NCBI GenBank assembly: GCA_963758295.1
Contig: CAVWUU010000001.1
Coordinates: 576,001 to 640,000, forward strand
Source: Candidatus Eremiobacteria bacterium
GTDB lineage: Bacteria > Vulcanimicrobiota > Vulcanimicrobiia > Vulcanimicrobiales > Vulcanimicrobiaceae
Reading direction: 5' to 3'
DNA length: 64,000 bases
Below are positions 63,073 through 64,000 of this stretch, piece after piece. The notes beneath the pieces were generated by a model that saw only the letters and a program-made list of their open reading frames with translations, was not told where the DNA came from and did not search any database. Position 1 is the first letter of the stretch, and every line of letters starts with the position of its first letter. The position numbers were made by a program, and so were the translations under genes.

Positions 63073-63975
63073 ATGTTGACCCGAAAAATCATAGCCGTCG
63101 TGGGCTTGTTGGCGGTATTGGGGCTCTGCGCTTGGTACTTTCGTTCGTCGAACACGCGCCTTACGAGCGCACCGGTCCTCGCGCCGATCGCGCGTGAAAT
63201 CCAAGCAGCGACCGGCTTGCCGCGACCGGACCACGTCATCATCGTCATCGAGGAAAACAAGAGCTTTCGTCAGATCGTTGGGAACACGGAGCATGCGCCG
63301 TATCTCAATGCTCTGATTCCTCACGCAGCGGTCTTCACGAATTCCCACGGCGTTGCCCATCCGAGCCAGCCGAACTACATGGCACTCTTGAGCGGGGCAA
63401 CGAATACCGACGGGGATAGCTGCGACGTCGACGGCGTTACCCGCACGATTCCGAGCCTCGGCGGAGAGTTGCTCCGCGCTCACGATACGTTTACGGGTTA
63501 TGCCGAGGATCTGCCGTCAGACGGCTTTGCGGGCTGTTACTCGGGCCAGTACGCACGCAAGCACGCTCCGTGGACGCACTTCGACGATATCCCGTCGAAC
63601 GACAGCCGCCGGTTCTCGGAATTCCCCGCTTTCGACAAGCTTCCGACCGTCGCGTTCGTGATTCCGAATCTCCTTAACGACATGCACAGCGCGAGCATCG
63701 ACCGCGGCGATGCGTGGCTGAAAGCTAACATGGCGCCACTAATCGATTGGTCGCGCAAGCACAATACGCTCGTCATAATCACCTGGGACGAAGACAACGG
63801 CACCAGCGCAAATCATATCCCTACGTTCTTCATCGGGCAGATGGTTAAGCCGGGATCCTATAACGCCAACGTCTCGCACTACAACGTGCTCAGAACGATT
63901 GAAGATATGTATGGATTGCCGCATGCGGGACGCTCGGCGAACAATTCACCCGTTACGGGCGTTTGGGTTCGATAA
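63073..63975 (+). CDS. Secreted acid phosphatase / phosphoesterase (SapM/AcpA-like)
   Basis: DHVIIVIEEN, HPSQPNY, YARKHAPW, NDMH, ITWDED, HYNVLRTIED. Confidence 0.88.
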   Translation: MLTRKIIAVVGLLAVLGLCAWYFRSSNTRLTSAPVLAPIAREIQAATGLPRPDHVIIVIEENKSFRQIVGNTEHAPYLNALIPHAAVFTNSHGVAHPSQPNYMALLSGATNTDGDSCDVDGVTRTIPSLGGELLRAHDTFTGYAEDLPSDGFAGCYSGQYARKHAPWTHFDDIPSNDSRRFSEFPAFDKLPTVAFVIPNLLNDMHSASIDRGDAWLKANMAPLIDWSRKHNTLVIITWDEDNGTSANHIPTFFIGQMVKPGSYNANVSHYNVLRTIEDMYGLPHAGRSANNSPVTGVWVR

Positions 63976-64000
63976 CATAATAATTCGAAGCGGATCGGAC

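Overview
A gene-dense, GC-rich bacterial chromosomal window with about 60 CDSs. I found no rRNA, tRNA, CRISPR array, prophage or intact IS element. The gene style (many secreted proteins with SPSPSP linkers, expanded VPS10/BNR proteins, sedolisin) suggests an acid-soil lineage such as Vulcanimicrobiota/Eremiobacterota, but that is inference only. Housekeeping genes include prfC, ppk1, rnd, acnA, aceE-aceF, thiC with a TPP riboswitch, bolA-grx-sulfurtransferase, crcB-DUF190 and an Opu-type ABC transporter. The most interesting candidates are: (1) a translationally coupled operon of a TMEM175-like channel, a PLP histidine decarboxylase and an ACT protein, with no antiporter; (2) two tandem secreted ASMase/Ppn1-like metallophosphoesterases near ppk1; (3) an orphan EgtD-like methyltransferase with apparent active-site changes near a betaine-type ABC importer; (4) a palindromic REP-like element inserted in frame in aceF; (5) three VPS10-like paralogs, one with a hairpin over its ribosome-binding site and two in tandem with a secreted HD protein; (6) a VKOR lacking its loop cysteines. 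Seven +1 frameshifts (prfC, an oxidoreductase, five in one VPS10 gene) look like sequencing errors. A truncated alcohol dehydrogenase remnant looks like a real pseudogene. All family calls come from motif recognition by eye; no searches were run.
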